Assembly: GCA_019639175.1 (NCBI GenBank)
Contig: JAHBSK010000006.1
Span: 124,709-188,708, forward strand
DNA: 64,000 nt
Direction: 5' to 3'
Origin: Acidobacteriota bacterium
GTDB lineage: Bacteria > Acidobacteriota > Blastocatellia > Pyrinomonadales > Pyrinomonadaceae
The notes beneath the pieces are model-generated. The model was given only the letters and a program-made list of their open reading frames with translations, ran no database searches and was not told the origin of the DNA. Positions 8,095 through 17,732 of this stretch are shown piece after piece. A program made the translations under genes and the position numbers. Positions within the stretch are counted from its first letter, which is position 1. The number at the start of each line of letters is the position of its first letter.

Positions 8095-9338
8095 GCAGCC
8101 GGCAAATATATGTTTATCTTGCTTTGGCGGGCGAAGATATTCTCGTCGGACGGCTGTGGTGTCACTATCGCAAAGGGCGTGAGAGTGCTTCGTTCGAGTA
8201 TGACGAAAGCTGGCTCAGGCACAAAGAGCATTTTGCATTGGAACCGGCGCTGACTTTGACTGCCGGTTCTTTTCACACGTTAGCAGATCAAAATCTATTC
8301 GGTTCGATCGGTGATTCGGCTCCTGACAGATGGGGACGCATTTTGATGCGTCGCGCTGAGGCTCAGCGAGCAAGGGGGGGCAATGAAACTCCTAAGACTT
8401 TATCAGAAGCAGATTATTTGCTTGGCATCAACGACGAAGCCAGACAGGGAGCTTTACGATTTGCCGAAGAGCCTGGCGGCGCGTTTTTAGCGATAGGAGA
8501 TAAGAGATCAATTCCGCCTTTGATCGATCTGCCGAGGCTTTTGTCAGCATCCGACCGATTTCAAGCTGAAGAAGAGACCGCTGAAGATCTGCGGCTTTTG
8601 CTTGCACCGGGATCGTCCTTGGGCGGCGCTCGACCAAAAGCTTCAGTACGCGATTCCGATGGTCAGCTTGCTATTGCAAAATTTCCGCGTAAAGACGACG
8701 AAACGAATATAGTTGTTTGGGAATTCCTGGCTTTGGAACTCGCGCAGATAGCCGGCATTAATGTTCCATCACACCGTTTATCGGATATTGATGCAAAGCC
8801 GGTTCTGCTGATACGAAGGTTTGACAGAATTGGCGATACCCGAATTCCGTTTCTTTCGGCATTGAGTATGCTGCAAGCAAAAGACAACGATACTCACAGC
8901 TATCTTGAGATCGCGAATACACTGTTACAATACGGAGCCGAACCGAATGCCGATCTTCGACAACTATGGCGAAGGATCGTGTTCAGCATTATGATCTCCA
9001 ATACCGACGATCATCTGCGCAATCACGGATTCTTATACGAACGCCAAAAAGGATGGCGATTGTCTCCGGCATACGATCTTAACCCGACGCCGGTCGATTT
9101 AAAGCCAAGAATTCTGACCACGACCATCGATCTAAACGACGGCACTGCATCGCTTGATCTGGCTCTTTCGGTAACCAAAGAATTTCGCCTCTCTCTGGAT
9201 GAAGCCAAAGAAATTATCAGGAAAGTCCAACAAGCCGTGGCTAAATGGCAGAAGACAGCAAAAGATCTTGGACTGACGAGACGAGAAATTGACCGAATGG
9301 CTTCGGCCTTTGAACTTGCGGACACAGTGAAAAATTAG
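8091..9338 (+). CDS. hipA: HipA-family serine/threonine kinase toxin (type II TA)
   Basis: 415 aa. N-terminal HipA coupling domain (GDSAPDRWGRILMRR), LGGARPKASV, IAKFP and the catalytic region SNTDDHLRNHGFLY...LSPAYDLNPTP. Confidence 0.9.
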   Translation: MSSRQIYVYLALAGEDILVGRLWCHYRKGRESASFEYDESWLRHKEHFALEPALTLTAGSFHTLADQNLFGSIGDSAPDRWGRILMRRAEAQRARGGNETPKTLSEADYLLGINDEARQGALRFAEEPGGAFLAIGDKRSIPPLIDLPRLLSASDRFQAEEETAEDLRLLLAPGSSLGGARPKASVRDSDGQLAIAKFPRKDDETNIVVWEFLALELAQIAGINVPSHRLSDIDAKPVLLIRRFDRIGDTRIPFLSALSMLQAKDNDTHSYLEIANTLLQYGAEPNADLRQLWRRIVFSIMISNTDDHLRNHGFLYERQKGWRLSPAYDLNPTPVDLKPRILTTTIDLNDGTASLDLALSVTKEFRLSLDEAKEIIRKVQQAVAKWQKTAKDLGLTRREIDRMASAFELADTVKN

Positions 9339-9413
9339 GTGTAACCTCGATCTTTATACGGTAAAAGTCCAGGTAGGGTATTTCGTGTTGGCGGTGGTCT
9401 AGTTGAACAGGCA

Positions 9414-11108
9414 TCAAACGACTTCTAATTCTTCAAGAAGCGCCGGTCGCTGCGAATATTTTGCTCGGAGCGTCTCGATGACTGTTTCTGCGGTTTGCGG
9501 CGAGCCTAATTTTTTGATCCGTCGCAGATATCGGCAGGCTTTTTGATAGTGCTTCCTTCCTACGTTTTGATCCAGGTATTCTACAACAGCTATGGCATAC
9601 ATATTGGCCAGTTCGTCTGCATAGTCTTTCTTGAGATACTTTTCATAGGTTTCCAGGTTGTAAATGGAAGGAGACTCCTTAACCAGATCGAAAAGACGAT
9701 CCCACATTGTCTCATCGATATAAATGTTTGCGATTCTGTGTACTGAACTCCACCTGTCTTTTTTTCCGAGATCATCGATCAGACCTTCTACAAAAGTCTG
9801 CCATTCGTTTTTGTTCACCTGCTTCTTCAAAATGGAGTAATACTCACGAGTGTCGTGATGACTGTCGAGAAAAAGCAGGCGAGCATAACCGATGACGCCG
9901 TCGGTATCTTTTTCAGCCTGAGCAATTTTCAAAAGCCAATCGTACCATTCGGTTACAAGTCCCGGTTTATTCGTACTGTCCTGCACTATGCCGTCATTTG
10001 CAAGCATGCGGGCTTTTTCGTATTGCTTGTTTGCAAGAGCATTTTCTATAGCCGATCTTCGCAGATAGTGATTTGACAGGTGGCCGGCTAGATATTTTTC
10101 CGCCGATCTTTCACCGTGAATTCTTTTAAGAGTCTCGTAAGTGATCCGCTCTATTGTTTCACGTTTATATTCATCTTGAAACGGTTTTTCCAAGCGTTTG
10201 AATAACCCCTGGATCTCCTGCTCCGTTCGTGCCAGTTCCGATGCCAGTTCGAGCATGTGCAGATGCCAGTCCCACCCTTCGTACACCTTTTTGTCGAATG
10301 CTTTGAGGCAGTAATCGAAAAATCCGCTGCGAACATCTTCAAGGAGAGCAAAGCCTGCCATTTCGTACAGCATTTCGCAGGCATAATTTGCATTTCCTCC
10401 TATATCTCCGTTGCTGTCGTCTGCATATTGCAGTGCGTCTGTCATTGTTTCCATAACGGCGGTGCAAATATTTATGGCGCCGGTGTAGTTTTGTGTTTTC
10501 AGATGCTTTTGCGCGACATCTAGCAGTTGAGCAACTTCTGAGCCTACGCCTTGTGCTTCACGCCAGTCGATAAAACCGCGGCCTCGTTTGGCCGAACGAA
10601 GTATTGATTTTATTTGCGAGACATAAAAAGCTTTAGACTCTCCTTCGCCGCGATGTGCAAAGGAAGACAGAAACGTTTCTCTCAAGGAGCGGTCATATTC
10701 GGCTTTTTCCCGAATGAATTGTTTCAATTCGTCATGCGAGATCCTTTCCAGAAGGCTGTCAATGCGTTCCGCAAATGTTTTACGGCCCGGCTTCTTAGCA
10801 GACGTGCTACTTTTCCGGACAGGTTTCTTTTCCTCAGATGCGCCTTGTTTCAAATAATAGATCACGGCTACGACATGTTTGCATACCGGCCCCATGTCAT
10901 ACGGGCAGTCACATATATGCTCTGTTACGATCCCGTCTGCGAGCGTTAAATTTACGGTGTAATCTTCAGTTCCGGCAACGACAGTTTCATAGACGCCTGG
11001 TTCGCTCTCTTGGCATTGTTCGACTTTCCCCATATTAAAATAAGATCTGCCGCGTTTGAGAATGGCCGGATCTATATAGTCTTCAAGTTCGATAAGAGGA
11101 ATACGCAT
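9414..11108 (-). CDS. SWIM zinc-finger domain protein with long helical C-terminal region
   Basis: 564 aa. The N-terminal CxC...CxH SWIM signature is HICDCPYDMGPVCKHVVAVIYYL. The remainder is helical-repeat-like. Confidence 0.8.
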   Translation of the reverse strand: MRIPLIELEDYIDPAILKRGRSYFNMGKVEQCQESEPGVYETVVAGTEDYTVNLTLADGIVTEHICDCPYDMGPVCKHVVAVIYYLKQGASEEKKPVRKSSTSAKKPGRKTFAERIDSLLERISHDELKQFIREKAEYDRSLRETFLSSFAHRGEGESKAFYVSQIKSILRSAKRGRGFIDWREAQGVGSEVAQLLDVAQKHLKTQNYTGAINICTAVMETMTDALQYADDSNGDIGGNANYACEMLYEMAGFALLEDVRSGFFDYCLKAFDKKVYEGWDWHLHMLELASELARTEQEIQGLFKRLEKPFQDEYKRETIERITYETLKRIHGERSAEKYLAGHLSNHYLRRSAIENALANKQYEKARMLANDGIVQDSTNKPGLVTEWYDWLLKIAQAEKDTDGVIGYARLLFLDSHHDTREYYSILKKQVNKNEWQTFVEGLIDDLGKKDRWSSVHRIANIYIDETMWDRLFDLVKESPSIYNLETYEKYLKKDYADELANMYAIAVVEYLDQNVGRKHYQKACRYLRRIKKLGSPQTAETVIETLRAKYSQRPALLEELEVV

Positions 11109-11129
11109 TATAAGAAAATAGGAATATTT

Positions 11130-11483
11130 TTAGGATGCCAATAGTTTTTGTATCTCTTCGCTGAATCGCATGAGTTCGGTTTCTTCAAGTAACCTTTCGT
11201 TATAGATCAGCTTAAGCTGCCACAGCATTTGAGAGCGTCTCGGAGCATCGAACATATGAGATACCTTCTTATCACGTTTTTGCAGCAATTCATATGCTGC
11301 AAGATAGCGTTCGTAACCTGGTTTGCTATTTTCCTTGCAGACGCTTTCCAATTCCGTCAATGTTCTATAGCAAAATCTTTCGAGAGCGGTTTCACGAAGT
11401 TCGCGGAATACCTTCCAGTCAGATTCTTTGAAATCACCACCCATAGCTTTAGTATATTCACGTTTCAAATAAACTAAAAACAC
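11130..11483 (-). CDS. hypothetical small helical protein upstream of the SWIM gene
   Basis: 117-aa ORF (GTG start; alternative ATG at 11444), same strand and 21 nt upstream of the SWIM gene. No family recognised. Confidence 0.45.
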   Translation of the reverse strand: MFLVYLKREYTKAMGGDFKESDWKVFRELRETALERFCYRTLTELESVCKENSKPGYERYLAAYELLQKRDKKVSHMFDAPRRSQMLWQLKLIYNERLLEETELMRFSEEIQKLLAS

Positions 11484-11622
11484 GGCCTTTTGAAGATGGA
11501 CTCGAAAGTCCCCGCTCGACCTTCGTCGTACCTCTTCATGATCTTTTCATTCTTAGAGACTTTTCTTTGTCGTTTCATTAGAGCATCAGAACATCTCATT
11601 GTCCATATTATTGCGGTGCTGT

Positions 11623-11651
11623 TTGACAACATGGAATCGCTTTGTTAGTAT
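11623..11651 (+). promoter_or_regulatory. sigma70-like promoter (TTGACA-17 nt-TAGTAT)
   Basis: Consensus -35 at 11623-11628, 17-nt spacer, and a -10-like TAGTAT at 11646-11651. It would produce a ~540-nt leader ahead of the TonB receptor gene. Promoter rules for this phylum are uncertain. Confidence 0.35.
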
Positions 11652-11723
11652 CAACCTCACGCAACGGCATTTTTATGTTAAAGCCTGATCTCATAATTAT
11701 CGTTAATGATCCTTGGCATTTGG

Positions 11724-11758
11724 GTATGCATATTCGTATGCATATTTGTATGACATTT
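11724..11758 (+). repeat. three tandem 12-nt units (GTATGCATATT x2, GTATGACATTT)
   Basis: Units at 11724-11734, 11736-11746 and 11748-11758. Each contains an ATGCAT-type palindromic core. They lie inside the putative leader of the receptor gene. Confidence 0.6.
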
Positions 11759-12194
11759 GCGGCTTAACTGAGATCTACTGTTAACAAAAAAATCAGCCGA
11801 GTTATTAAATAGCCAGATCTCACGGTCGGTCGCAAAGCTCTTTTCCGGATGCTTTTCGGCCGTATTTTTTTGTTTGAGCTTCTGTCATGTAGTGAGTGAA
11901 GGGGAAAGGATGACCTTTTTTTGACTTCGATTTTGAGGCAGGTCACAGGTTGATGAATGAACGTTCCAATGAAGATGCCGAAGAAGATATAAGAGGACGG
12001 TCATCATAGCTAATCGACCATTCGGCGGGACGTGATCTCCGGTTGTGAAAAATAAATGTTGCTGCTGATGGCCGAATGTATATTACACATTCGATGTCTC
12101 ATTGGCCGAAAGTTGAACCAAATCAAGTGGTCAAGCGTATTTTAGGGAGTTAAACAAATAACCGGGAGCATTAATGAGCTAGGAGTTCTTATAT

Positions 12195-15100
12195 ATGATA
12201 AACAGCATAAATATTCTGAGAGCGGTTCGTTCAACATCACTTTCCATTTTCCTGCTGATCTCTACGGGGCAGGTTTTTGCCCAAAGCAGTTCGGCGACAC
12301 TGTCCGGTTTTGTAAATGACAGTTCTGGACAGGCTGTGGTCGGGGCAACGGTAAAAGCGGTAAATAAAGCGACGAACCGATCCTTCACCACGACCAGCCG
12401 AAATGACGGGCTTTATATATTTGTTGAACTCCTGCCCGGCAATTACCGGGTCGAGGTTGAAAAAGAAGGTTTTCAGCGGGCGGTCATGGAGAATGTGACC
12501 TTGAATGTCGCGGCCCGCGCCACACAGGATATTACCCTTGCGGTAGGCGAGGTCAGCGAGGTCGTTACGGTAGAAGCCGACCAACTGATAATCGAACGGG
12601 ATTCGGCGGTGGTTTCGACCGTGGTCGATCGCGAATTTGTGGAGAATATCCCCCTGAACGGGCGCACATTTCAGTCTCTGCTGGAACTGACTCCGGGTGT
12701 TGTGCTGACCCCGCCGGATGCAACAAATCCAGGCCAATTTTCGGTCAACGGACAGCGTTCAAATTCGAACTATTTCATCGTTGACGGCATCGGGGCAAAT
12801 TCCGGGACGACACCGATAGCAACGTACAGCCAACAGGCGGCTGGCACACTGCCCAGCACGACGGTCACGGGCGGTTTCAATAATTTGCTTTCGGTGGATG
12901 AACTGGAAGAATTTCGTGTAATGACATCCACCTTTGCGCCGGAATACGGCAGGTCTCCCGGCGGCCAGGTGATAATGCAGTCGCGGCCGGGCGGAAGCAG
13001 ATTCAGCGGAAGTGTTTCGCATTATGTTCGTAATGAGGTATTCGATGCAAACAATTTTTTCAATAACAGAAACGGCATTCCGCGCGGTGTTCTTCGCCAA
13101 AACCATTTCGGTTTTACGGTCGGCGGCCCGGTTCTGCTGCCGATAGGGAGGAATGAGGATGTTTTCAAACCTCTGAGAGATAAAACCTTCTTCTTTGTTT
13201 CTTATGAAAATATGCAGGTCCGACAGCCTGTATTTCGCAGCGCCAATACGCCCTCACAGTTTGCAAGGTCTGAAGCCGCTCGGCTGGGCCTTACCGACAT
13301 TGCAGAGTTTCTGAACGGATTCCCGTTGCCAAATGCGCCAAGCATAGTTATTGGCCCAAGGTCTGAATATGTCGGCAGGTATCTGGCATCTATTTCGAAC
13401 CCTATCAAGATGAATTCATGGGGTGTTAGGCTGGATCATCATTTCAATTCGCAATTCAGCATTTTTGGGAGATACAAGCGGACGCCTTCTGAAAATGATC
13501 AGGCTACTACGGCTTTTCCCAATCAAACGAACTACTATAATGTGACGACCAAATTGTTCACAGGCGGCGCAACCTACGCCTTTTCATCTCAGGCGGTTTT
13601 TGATGCCCGTTTGAACATAACGCATGACAACGGAGATTTTCTTTTCTTGCCGCAGGACGTAGATGGGGCGGTTGTTCCGCCTCTTTCGATGCTTTTGCCC
13701 GACTACATTACAGAAGAGAATGCATCGGCCGGCGTTCAGTTTGGAGACCTGATGAATCAAACTCGCGGACGCACTTGGGGCAACGGACAGAAACAGCTCA
13801 ATTTTGTCGGCAATCTAACATATATAGCAGGCAATCATCAGTTAAAGTTTGGCGGAGATTATCGCCGGCTAAAGCCAAATGTGAACGCACGTTCATTTGG
13901 CTACAGCTACAACTTTGGCCTGCTTGACGCACTGTTAAACGAAAATGCTCCGGCTACTTTCGGGATGGTTCGGGTAAACACTCAGGCGTTTGCCCCGGCG
14001 GGACAATTCAAATTTGAGAATTATTCGCTCTATGGCCAGGACACCTGGAAGGCAAACCAAAGATTGACTTTGACCTACGGCCTGCGGTGGGATCTGAACC
14101 TGCCGCCATCTTCAGACGGAGCTTTGCCGTATGCTATTGACGGATTGAACGATCCGCTTACCGCGACGCTCGCCGCTCCCGGCACAGAGGCATTTGAAGC
14201 AAAATATACGAACTTTGCTCCCAGAGTCGGTGTTGCGTATTCATTGAATGAAGCGAACACTTTTGTGCTTAGAGGTGGTGTGGGGCTTTTTTATGATATG
14301 GGCACCGGACAGGCTGTTCGGGGATATACGGGCTTTCCATTCAGCACCGTTCGGGCTTCACAGCCTATTCCTTTCGTTCTAGGTTCGCAGGCATTGAATG
14401 ACGCTTTGCAGCCGCTTCCGTTCGGCACTGATCCGCCGTATTCTTCCAGCTTTTATGTTTACAATCGTGATTCCGGCATAGTTTCACCTCGTGTAGTTCA
14501 GTACAACCTTGCTCTTGAAAGGTCGCTGGGCAGCAATCAGAGCATCAGCGTTTCGTTCGTCGGAGCGAACGGAAGAAAACTCCTGTTCACCGAAACATTG
14601 TCCAATGCTCCGGGAATACCGGGACTTGGTGTTCCTGCAAAGAACTGGATCAATCCGATATTCGGCGGCCCGACGAACTCCAGCTTTATCTATATGACCG
14701 ATAATCGCGGCAGATCGGATTATTACGCCTTGCAGTTTCAATTCAACCGCCGGCTGACCAGAGGATTGCAGGCAATGGCGTCATACAGCTATTCTCACTC
14801 AAAAGACAATATGTCGTCAGAGATCGCCGGAGGTTCCGGCGCCATCAGGGTCTCTCCGGACAGCGAATACGGCTATTCGGATTTTGATGTAAGGCACAAC
14901 TATTCTGCTGCTTTGACCTACCGGATCCCTTCACCAATAAAGGAAGGCTTTGGCAGAAAGCTGCTGAATGGTTTTGCGGTTGACATGATAACGCGCGGGC
15001 GTTCGGCTCCGCCGTATAAAGTGTTTGTTTCTTACTATGACCCGGCTACTTTTACCACTTACTCGTACAGGCCTGACGTCGTTTCCGGCCAGCCGTTGTA

Positions 15101-15515
15101 TATCTATGACGACGTTCTGCCGGGCGGACGAATGGCAAATATCAATGCTTTTGCATTGCCGGATCCGAATACCTCGGGTACGATGCAAAGGAATGCGTTG
15201 AGAGGATTCAACCTCTTTCAGACAGATCTGACCCTGCGTCGAGAGTTCAAACTGAATGAAAGATTCCGAGTGCAGTTGAGGGGCGAAGCATTCAATATTT
15301 TCAATCAGGCGAATTTTGGAACAAACTTTAGCAACAATTACACCGCCATTAGAAGGCAACTGACAGGCGGAGTTCCGACGGATACGCTCTTCACCAATGT
15401 CGGACTTTCAACTTTCACACTTTCCAATCAACTGGGAGGAACCGGAGGGTTAAATTCGCTTTATACCGTTGGCGGCCCGCGTTCGCTTCAATTTGCGATA
15501 AAGGTGTTGTTTTAG
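12195..15515 (+). CDS. TonB-dependent outer-membrane receptor with N-terminal carboxypeptidase-regulatory-like domain
   Basis: 1106 aa. AGGAG ~10 nt upstream of the ATG. Signal peptide (...LLISTGQVFAQ), CarboxypepD_reg-like segment (TLSGFVNDSSGQAVVGATVKAVNK...GNYRVEVEKEGF), plug-like segment (VENIPLNGRTFQSLLELTPGV), and a long barrel ending in a C-terminal Phe (FAIKVLF). Confidence 0.9.
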   Translation: MINSINILRAVRSTSLSIFLLISTGQVFAQSSSATLSGFVNDSSGQAVVGATVKAVNKATNRSFTTTSRNDGLYIFVELLPGNYRVEVEKEGFQRAVMENVTLNVAARATQDITLAVGEVSEVVTVEADQLIIERDSAVVSTVVDREFVENIPLNGRTFQSLLELTPGVVLTPPDATNPGQFSVNGQRSNSNYFIVDGIGANSGTTPIATYSQQAAGTLPSTTVTGGFNNLLSVDELEEFRVMTSTFAPEYGRSPGGQVIMQSRPGGSRFSGSVSHYVRNEVFDANNFFNNRNGIPRGVLRQNHFGFTVGGPVLLPIGRNEDVFKPLRDKTFFFVSYENMQVRQPVFRSANTPSQFARSEAARLGLTDIAEFLNGFPLPNAPSIVIGPRSEYVGRYLASISNPIKMNSWGVRLDHHFNSQFSIFGRYKRTPSENDQATTAFPNQTNYYNVTTKLFTGGATYAFSSQAVFDARLNITHDNGDFLFLPQDVDGAVVPPLSMLLPDYITEENASAGVQFGDLMNQTRGRTWGNGQKQLNFVGNLTYIAGNHQLKFGGDYRRLKPNVNARSFGYSYNFGLLDALLNENAPATFGMVRVNTQAFAPAGQFKFENYSLYGQDTWKANQRLTLTYGLRWDLNLPPSSDGALPYAIDGLNDPLTATLAAPGTEAFEAKYTNFAPRVGVAYSLNEANTFVLRGGVGLFYDMGTGQAVRGYTGFPFSTVRASQPIPFVLGSQALNDALQPLPFGTDPPYSSSFYVYNRDSGIVSPRVVQYNLALERSLGSNQSISVSFVGANGRKLLFTETLSNAPGIPGLGVPAKNWINPIFGGPTNSSFIYMTDNRGRSDYYALQFQFNRRLTRGLQAMASYSYSHSKDNMSSEIAGGSGAIRVSPDSEYGYSDFDVRHNYSAALTYRIPSPIKEGFGRKLLNGFAVDMITRGRSAPPYKVFVSYYDPATFTTYSYRPDVVSGQPLYIYDDVLPGGRMANINAFALPDPNTSGTMQRNALRGFNLFQTDLTLRREFKLNERFRVQLRGEAFNIFNQANFGTNFSNNYTAIRRQLTGGVPTDTLFTNVGLSTFTLSNQLGGTGGLNSLYTVGGPRSLQFAIKVLF

Positions 15516-15553
15516 TAATTGGAGCAGAAAAACACGAAACATCAAACGAACCA

Positions 15554-16537
15554 ATGGGTGGCACAAGCACTATGAATTATCTAAGATCGACATCGCTTCT
15601 GGCGGCACTTTTTCTTCTGAACATTACCGCTCTGGCGCAAGGCGTTTCCCGCGCTGAATGTTTTCCTTTTGAAAACCTGTCGCCCGATAAACGAAAGGCG
15701 GCGGAAGAACTGCTGCTAAAGGCGATGGATGAAGCTGCTTTATACACGCTTGTCGGCGGCATCAAGCCGATGAGTTCGGGCATCAAGTCGTTTAATATCA
15801 GAACGAGTTTGCCGCGTATTTCGGTTGACGAAGCAAATAAGGCGATCGCCGAACTGGGCGGCAAGAATGCCGAAGAGCTTACTCCCGCCGAACGCGGACG
15901 GCTATCGGAGGCAAAGCAAACTGTTGAACGGCGCGGGCTTCTTTCGGATATTGAAGATGTGCGCGAGATATTGCAGCAATGGCGATGCGGCGATGATATC
16001 TTCGCTGCGGTTCAGCATTATAACGCAACGTTCGAGGGAAGGCGGTTTTTGGACGTCATTGTTTTTTCACGTCCTGCGGTTCGGCGAATGATCGGAGAGA
16101 AAGAGGATTTCTTTTCGCGGTGGGGCATTACACAAGGGTCGCATCCGTTGGAGATCGTTTATGCTGTCGAGAACGAAAAAACCTCGGCACGAAACGGCGG
16201 GTACGGCTACCTTTTTGGATACCCCGACCACGCGGTCAGGTTCTTTGTCGAGGCGTCAAATGAGGAGAACCTGACGGGGCAATTTGTTACCCGTGATTTC
16301 ATTTCCATTCCAACCTATGCCCGCGAGACCAATTTGTTTGTCTATGCAGTTCCAAAGGGTTATACCTCAACTGCTGTTGATGCTTCATTGAAGGAACGCT
16401 CACTAAAAGTACTCAACGAATATCGAAAGCGTCGCGAGAATTATGTCGGCGAAGGAAAGCGCGGTATTTTGGAGCTTGTAAGGGACTGGTTTTGTAACTC
16501 CGACGGCCAATGCTCTCAGAAGAATGCGAAATTCTAG
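15554..16537 (+). CDS. hypothetical secreted protein co-transcribed with the TonB receptor
   Basis: 327 aa (alternative start 15572). Signal-peptide-like N-terminus MNYLRSTSLLAALFLLNITALAQG. It starts 38 nt after the receptor stop. No family recognised. Confidence 0.6.
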   Translation: MGGTSTMNYLRSTSLLAALFLLNITALAQGVSRAECFPFENLSPDKRKAAEELLLKAMDEAALYTLVGGIKPMSSGIKSFNIRTSLPRISVDEANKAIAELGGKNAEELTPAERGRLSEAKQTVERRGLLSDIEDVREILQQWRCGDDIFAAVQHYNATFEGRRFLDVIVFSRPAVRRMIGEKEDFFSRWGITQGSHPLEIVYAVENEKTSARNGGYGYLFGYPDHAVRFFVEASNEENLTGQFVTRDFISIPTYARETNLFVYAVPKGYTSTAVDASLKERSLKVLNEYRKRRENYVGEGKRGILELVRDWFCNSDGQCSQKNAKF

Positions 16538-16565
16538 TGCTTCACAAGGGAGTTTCTAATAAGCA

Positions 16566-16600
16566 ATAAGCGGTGAGAAAAAGATCACCGCTTATTTTTT
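16566..16600 (+). terminator. rho-independent terminator
   Basis: Perfect 11-bp stem ATAAGCGGTGA / TCACCGCTTAT with an 8-nt loop, followed by a T-run (16595-16600), 29 nt after the stop at 16537. Confidence 0.75.
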
Positions 16601-16685
16601 AGATCAAGTGTTGTGTATTTACATAGCGAACAGCCTTTGATCACACAGAACAGCAACTGCATTTCTCAAGGCAGATCCCAAGCAC

Positions 16686-17639
16686 CTAGTTTTGTTGGGC
16701 ATGGATATAATTGGCATGTCCGATCATATTCTCTAGGCGGAAATGTTTTGCGAAAGGCCGAATGATCTCGTCCATTATCTCCAGCTTTGTTTCGACCGGC
16801 ATATTCATTCCCGGGAAAAAGGACAGCTCGGGGGCGTCTTCGGCGCCGAGGAAATCTAGCGGATGCAGCAGCAGTGATGGCTGGACACCGGCGATGCGGC
16901 ATAATCTTAAGGCATTTCGCCAATATGTTCTTGCGGCAAGTCTGGAAAACGACGCGAGATAAATGACATAGCTCGCGTGTATCGGAGTTTTGAACATCGG
17001 CAAGGTCGTAACCGGTATTTCCAACAGATCACGGCCCGCCGCCTTGATATAATGCGGCTTCAGGGTGCGAAAACCGTCCGAGAATTTGCCGAAAAGCCCC
17101 TTGCGCTTTTCCTTTTCATCCTCTGACATCTCACCGGCTTTCATAAAATAATAGGCACGGGCGAGCGGCCCCAAATATGTGGGAAATGTAGAACAATCGT
17201 ATTTGTAGCCACGTTCCGCCAGAACCTCAAGGACAGTATCTGAAAGGCTGAAGCCAGGCCCTCGGAACCCGATGGGACGTTCTCCAGTGGCTGATTCTAT
17301 CGCATCCTCAGCTTTTGTAAACTCTTCGATCAACTCCTGTTTTGAATACAAATGCAGCCATGGTTCGTGATTAAAAGAATGGTTGCCGACCTCGTGTCCG
17401 GCGGCAGAGATCTGTCTCAGAGCATCGTGATTCTTCTCCAGAGCAGCATCCTGCCCCACGATGAAGTAAGTGATCTTAAGCCCGCGTTCCTTGAGGAACT
17501 CAAGCGACCTCGGCACGATCACGTCCAGATAAGAAGGAAACTCCTCCCAACCCGCATCACCGTGCGTCTTCATATACGACCATTTATTATCCAAGTCCAA
17601 CGAAAGACTCGCAATAGGTTTGTTTCCAGATCCAGACAT
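16686..17639 (-). CDS. polysaccharide deacetylase (NodB homology/CE4)
   Basis: 317 aa. SLDLDNKW..., FIVGQDA and AAGHEVGNHSFNHEPW metal-binding His motifs, typical of NodB-type deacetylases. Confidence 0.85.
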   Translation of the reverse strand: MSGSGNKPIASLSLDLDNKWSYMKTHGDAGWEEFPSYLDVIVPRSLEFLKERGLKITYFIVGQDAALEKNHDALRQISAAGHEVGNHSFNHEPWLHLYSKQELIEEFTKAEDAIESATGERPIGFRGPGFSLSDTVLEVLAERGYKYDCSTFPTYLGPLARAYYFMKAGEMSEDEKEKRKGLFGKFSDGFRTLKPHYIKAAGRDLLEIPVTTLPMFKTPIHASYVIYLASFSRLAARTYWRNALRLCRIAGVQPSLLLHPLDFLGAEDAPELSFFPGMNMPVETKLEIMDEIIRPFAKHFRLENMIGHANYIHAQQN

Positions 17640-17732
17640 AACAAAATTTCTTATATAAAGGCTGATTCAAATACAATTTCCTTGAAAATACAGATCGCAA
17701 GGTCATTGCGATCCGACCCGTTTTTTATAGGC

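Noticed and set aside
11690-11712. Fur-box-like sequence CATAATTATCGTTAATGAT upstream of the TonB receptor
   Set aside because: Only about 10 of 19 positions match the GATAATGATAATCATTATC consensus in my hand alignment. That is too weak to call.
12237-12737. Long antisense ORFs inside confident genes (also 22987-23553, 31025-31531, 38600-39256, 59499-60113, 40790-41263 and 14931-15359)
   Set aside because: All lie fully within strongly supported genes on the opposite strand and have Arg/Ser/Pro-biased or low-complexity translations without motifs. These are typical shadow frames of GC-rich coding DNA.
16666-16923. 85-aa minus-strand ORF overlapping the 3' end of the deacetylase gene
   Set aside because: It is an alternative frame of the same strand within a confident NodB-family gene, and its translation is Arg/Pro-rich. 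Spurious.
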